Below are positions 58,601 to 64,000 of a stretch of DNA of 64,000 nt, one piece after another. The notes under the pieces were generated by a model, which worked only from the letters and a program-made list of their open reading frames with translations, had not been told where the DNA came from and did no database searches. The translations under genes and the position numbers were made by a program. The stretch is from Eledone cirrhosa. Lineage: Eukaryota. The stretch is taken from contig CAXHJY010001175.1 of NCBI GenBank assembly GCA_964016885.1, forward strand, positions 1-64,000, read 5' to 3'. The first letter of the stretch is position 1; the number at the start of each line of letters is the position of its first letter.

Positions 58601-61600
58601 GTTTAACACGGTTTGGTTCCACAGCCACAACTATTGAATTCACGGAGATATCTTGCTGAAATTCACGCCACACATAGCCAATGAGTGTCTGCACATGTAC
58701 CAGTAATTACAGATCGATCCGACCACGGGCGGCCGGCCCGCGATTGAAAAGGTAACTCCGCCGGCAAATCGTCATTTTTGGATTCGTTTTCTTCGAAGCA
58801 CACCATTCGCCGGCGGACTTTGTTGACGTTTAACACGGTTTGGTTCCACAGCCACAACTATTGATTTTACGGAGATATCTTGCTGAAATTCACGCCGCAC
58901 ATAGCCAATGAGTGTCTGCACATGTACCAGTAATTACAGATCGATCTGACCACGGGCGGCCGGCCCGCGATTGAAAAGGTAACTCCGCCGGCAAATCGTC
59001 ATTTTTGGATTCGTTTTCTTCGAAGCACACCATTCGCCGGCGGACTTTGTTGACGTTTAACACGGTTTGGTTCCACAGCCACAACTATTGATTTTACGGA
59101 GATATCTTGCTGAAATTCACGCCGCACATAGCCAATGAGTGTCTGCACATGTACCAGTAATTACAGATCTATCCGACCACGGGCGGCCGGCCCGCGATTG
59201 AAAAGGTAACTCCGCCGGCAAATCGTCATTTTTGGATTCGTTTTCTTCGAAGCACACCATTCGCCGGCGGACTTTGTTGACGTTTAACACGGTTTGGTTC
59301 CACAGCCACAACTATTGATTTTACGGAGATATCTTGCTGAAATTCACGCCGCACATAGCCAATGAGTGTCTGCACATGTACCAGTAATTACAGATCGATC
59401 CGACCACGGGCGGCCGGCCCGCGATTGAAAAGGTAACTCCGCCGGCAAATCGTCATTTTTGGATTCGTTTTCTTCGAAGCACACCATTCGCCGGCGGACT
59501 TTGTTGACGTTTAACACGGTTTGGTTCCACAGCCACAACTATTGATTTTACGGAGATATCTTGCTGAAATTCACGCCGCACATAGCCAATGGGTGTCTGC
59601 ACATGTACCAGTAATTACAGATCGATCCGACCACGGGCGGCCGGCCCGCGATTGAAAAGGTAACTCCGCCGGCAAATCGTCATTTTTGGATTCGTTTTCT
59701 TCGAAGCACACCATTCGCCGGCGGACTTTGTTGACGTTTAACACGGTTTGGTTCCACAGCCACAACTATTGAATTCACGGAGATATCTTGCTGAAATTCA
59801 CGCCACACATAGCCAATGAGTGTCTGCACATGTACCAGTAATTACAGATCGATCCGACCACGGGCGGCCGGCCCGCGATTGAAAAGGTAACTCCGCCGGC
59901 AAATCGTCATTTTTGGATTCGTTTTCTTCGAAGCACACCATTCGCCGGCGGACTTTGTTGACGTTTAACACGGTTTGGTTCCACAGCCACAACTATTGAT
60001 TTTATGGAGATATCTTGCTGAAATTCACGCCGCACATAGCCAATGAGTGTCTGCACATGTACCAGTAATTACAGATCGATCTGACCACGGGCGGCCGGCC
60101 CGCGATTGAAAAGGTAACTCCGCCGGCAAATCGTCATTTTTGGATTCGTTTTCTTCGAAGCACACCATTCGCCGGCGGACTTTGTTGACGTTTAACACGG
60201 TTTGGTTCCACAGCCACAACTATTGATTTTACGGAGATATCTTGCTGAAATTCACGCCGCACATAGCCAATGAGTGTCTGCACATGTACCAGTAATTACA
60301 GATCTATCCGACCACGGGCGGCCGGCCCGCGATTGAAAAGGTAACTCCGCCGGCAAATCGTCATTTTTGGATTCGTTTTCTTCGAAGCACACCATTCGCC
60401 GGCGGACTTTGTTGACGTTTAACACGGTTTGGTTCCACAGCCACAACTATTGATTTTACGGAGATATCTTGCTGAAATTCACGCCGCACATAGCCAATGA
60501 GTGTCTGCACATGTACCAGTAATTACAGATCGATCCGACCACGGGCGGCCGGTCCGCGATTGAAAAGGTAACTCCGCCGGCAAATCGTCATTTTTGGATT
60601 CGTTTTCTTCGAAGCACACCATTCGCCGGCGGACTTTGTTGACGTTTAACACGGTTTGGTTCCACAGCCACAACTATTGAATTCACGGAGATATCTTGCT
60701 GAAATTCACGCCACACATAGCCAATGAGTGTCTGCACATGTACCAGTAATTACAGATCGATCCGACCACGGGCGGCCGGCCCGCGATTGAAAAGGTAACT
60801 CCGCCGGCAAATCGTCATTTTTGGATTCGTTTTCTTCGAAGCACACCATTCGCCGGCGGACTTTGTTGACGTTTAACACGGTTTGGTTCCACAGCCACAA
60901 CTATTGATTTTACGGAGATATCTTGCTGAAATTCACGCCGCACATAGCCAATGAGTGTCTGCACATGTACCAGTAATTACAGATCGATCCGACCACGGGC
61001 GGCCGGCCCGCGATTGAAAAGGTAACTCCGCCGGCAAATCGTCATTTTTGGATTCGTTTTCTTCGAAGCACACCATTCGCCGGCGGACTTTGTTGACGTT
61101 TAACACGGTTTGGTTCCACAGCCACAACTATTGATTTTATGGAGATATCTTGCTGAAATTCACGCCGCACATAGCCAATGAGTGTCTGCACATGTACCAG
61201 TAATTACAGATCGATCCGACCACGGGCGGTCGGTCCGCGATTGAAAAGGTAACTCCGCCGGCAAATCGTCATTTTTGGATTCGTTTTCTTCGAAGCACAC
61301 CATTCGCCGGCGGACTTTGTTGACGTTTAACACGGTTTGGTTCCACAGCCACAACTATTGAATTCACGGAGATATCTTGCTGAAATTCACGCCACACATA
61401 GCCAATGAGTGTCTGCACATGTACCAGTAATTACAGATCGATCCGACCACGGGCGGCCGGCCCGCGATTGAAAAGGTAACTCCGCCGGCAAATCGTCATT
61501 TTTGGATTCGTTTTCTTCGAAGCACACCATTCGCCGGCGGACTTTGTTGACGTTTAACACGGTTTGGTTCCACAGCCACAACTATTGATTTTACGGAGAT

Positions 61601-64000
61601 ATCTTGCTGAAATTCACGCCGCACATAGCCAATGAGTGTCTGCACATGTACCAGTAATTACAGATCGATCCGACCACGGGCGGCCGGCCCGCGATTGAAA
61701 AGGTAACTCCGCCGGCAAATCGTCATTTTTGGATTCGTTTTCTTCGAAGCACACCATTCGCCGGCGGACTTTGTTGACGTTTAACACGGTTTGGTTCCAC
61801 AGCCACAACTATTGATTTTATGGAGATATCTTGCTGAAATTCACGCCGCACATAGCCAATGAGTGTCTGCACATGTACCAGTAATTACAGATCGATCCGA
61901 CCACGGGCGGTCGGTCCGCGATTGAAAAGGTAACTCCGCCGGCAAATCGTCATTTTTGGATTCGTTTTCTTCGAAGCACACCATTCGCCGGCGGACTTTG
62001 TTGACGTTTAACACGGTTTGGTTCCACAGCCACAACTATTGAATTCACGGAGATATCTTGCTGAAATTCACGCCACACATAGCCAATGAGTGTCTGCACA
62101 TGTACCAGTAATTACAGATCGATCCGACCACGGGCGGCCGGCCCGCGATTGAAAAGGTAACTCCGCCGGCAAATCGTCATTTTTGGATTCGTTTTCTTCG
62201 AAGCACACCATTCGCCGGCGGACTTTGTTGACGTTTAACACGGTTTGGTTCCACAGCCACAACTATTGATTTTACGGAGATATCTTGCTGAAATTCACGC
62301 CGCACATAGCCAATGAGTGTCTGCACATGTACCAGTAATTACAGATCGATCTGACCACGGGCGGCCGGCCCGCGATTGAAAAGGTAACTCCGCCGGCAAA
62401 TCGTCATTTTTGGATTCGTTTTCTTCGAAGCACACCATTCGCCGGCGGACTTTGTTGACGTTTAACACGGTTTGGTTCCACAGCCACAACTATTGATTTT
62501 ACGGAGATATCTTGCTGAAATTCACGCCGCACATAGCCAATGAGTGTCTGCACATGTACCAGTAATTACAGATCTATCCGACCACGGGCGGCCGGCCCGC
62601 GATTGAAAAGGTAACTCCGCCGGCAAATCGTCATTTTTGGATTCGTTTTCTTCGAAGCACACCATTCGCCGGCGGACTTTGTTGACGTTTAACACGGTTT
62701 GGTTCCACAGCCACAACTATTGATTTTACGGAGATATCTTGCTGAAATTCACGCCGCACATAGCCAATGAGTGTCTGCACATGTACCAGTAATTACAGAT
62801 CGATCCGACCACGGGCGGCCGGTCCGCGATTGAAAAGGTAACTCCGCCGGCAAATCGTCATTTTTGGATTCGTTTTCTTCGAAGCACACCATTCGCCGGC
62901 GGACTTTGTTGACGTTTAACACGGTTTGGTTCCACAGCCACAACTATTGAATTCACGGAGATATCTTGCTGAAATTCACGCCACACATAGCCAATGAGTG
63001 TCTGCACATGTACCAGCAATTACAGATCGATCCGACCACGGGCGGCCGGCCCGCGATTGAAAAGGTAACTCCGCCGGCAAATCGTCATTTTTGGATTCGT
63101 TTTCTTCGAAGCACACCATTCGCCGGCGGACTTTGTTGACGTTTAACACGGTTTGGTTCCACAGCCACAACTATTGATTTTACGGAGATATCTTGCTGAA
63201 ATTCACGCCGCACATAGCCAATGAGTGTCTGCACATGTACCAGTAATTACAGATCGATCCGACCACGGGCGGCCGGCCCGCGATTGAAAAGGTAACTCCG
63301 CCGGCAAATCGTCATTTTTGGATTCGTTTTCTTCGAAGCACACCATTCGCCGGCGGACTTTGTTGACGTTTAACACGGTTTGGTTCCACAGCCACAACTA
63401 TTGATTTTACGGAGATATCTTGCTGAAATTCACGCCGCACATAGCCAATGGGTGTCTGCACATGTACCAGTAATTACAGATCGATCCGACCACGGGCGGC
63501 CGGCCCGCGATTGAAAAGGTAACTCCGCCGGCAAATCGTCATTTTTGGATTCGTTTTCTTCGAAGCACACCATTCGCCGGCGGACTTTGTTGACGTTTAA
63601 CACGGTTTGGTTCCACAGCCACAACTATTGATTTTATGGAGATATCTTGCTGAAATTCACGCCGCACATAGCCAATGAGTGTCTGCACATGTACCAGTAA
63701 TTACAGATCGATCCGACCACGGGCGGCCGGTCCGCGATTGAAAAGGTAACTCCGCCGGCAAATCGTCATTTTTGGATTCGTTTTCTTCGAAGCACACCAT
63801 TCGCCGGCGGACTTTGTTGACGTTTAACACGGTTTGGTTCCACAGCCACAACTATTGAATTCACGGAGATATCTTGCTGAAATTCACGCCACACATAGCC
63901 AATGAGTGTCTGCACATGTACCAGTAATTACAGATCGATCCGACCACGGGCGGCCGGCCCGCGATTGAAAAGGTAACTCCGCCGGCAAATCGTCATTTTT
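32689..64000. repeat. 12-monomer cassette built from three 4-monomer (908 bp) subunits; seven copies starting near 32689, 37229, 44947, 49941, 53573, 56524 and 61745 (last truncated)
   Basis: All seven p138C monomers (copies 150,170,204,226,242,255,278) lie exactly 5 copies after a p167T+p171T monomer and 2 copies before a p118G monomer. p171T recurs mostly every 4 copies. Confidence 0.85.

Larger units (their letters stand above)
1..64000. repeat. 227-bp tandem satellite array, ~282 copies, extending beyond both window edges
   Basis: CGAAGCACACC recurs at 1, 228, 455 ... 63788 (=281*227+1), and all ORF-track entries are offset by multiples of 227. Consensus: CGAAGCACACCATTCGCCGGCGGACTTTGTTGACGTTTAACACGGTTTGGTTCCACAGCCACAACTATTGATTTTACGGAGATATCTTGCTGAAATTCACGCCRCACATAGCCAATGAGTGTCTGCACATGTACCAGTAATTACAGATCGATCCGACCACGGGCGGCCGGCCCGCGATTGAAAAGGTAACTCCGCCGGCAAATCGTCATTTTTGGATTCGTTTTCTT. 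Each copy differs from it by only a few substitutions. Confidence 0.99.

Noticed and set aside
324-63851. Repeated 64-aa minus-strand ORF (MWLWNQTV...)
   Set aside because: It starts at TTG, has no recognisable domain and is broken by a TAA stop (p180A) in 15 copies. Many variants are non-synonymous and the unit length is not a multiple of 3. It is best explained as a chance ORF multiplied by the repeat.
1-64000. CRISPR array
   Set aside because: There are no unique spacers, the whole 227 bp is repeated, and no cas genes are present.
1-64000. Rolling-circle amplification or sequencing artefact of a single circle
   Set aside because: Variants are shared, linked and arranged in nested duplications with very few singletons, which indicates an evolutionary history rather than random errors.

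Overview
The whole 64,000-bp window is one uninterrupted head-to-tail tandem array of a 227-bp monomer: 281 full copies plus 213 bp of copy 282, about 49% GC, with no change of register. Monomers differ at only about 20 substitution sites that I could see by eye. These variants are organised into local higher-order repeats (13/12-mers on the left, a 9-mer in the middle, nested 4-, 12- and 22-mers on the right), and the variant set turns over along the array. This is the architecture of a young, homogenised eukaryotic satellite, plausibly centromeric or pericentromeric. I cannot identify the organism or repeat family. I can support no protein-coding gene, tRNA, rRNA, CRISPR array or intact transposon, and the repeated 64-aa ORF is a by-product of the repeat. 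The monomer is unusually rich in dyad symmetry and has a near-invariant ~70-bp core with a 13-bp inverted repeat and splice-donor-like and Sm-like motifs. Positions 'p' below are positions within the monomer (copy 1 = 1..227; copy m starts at 227*(m-1)+1).
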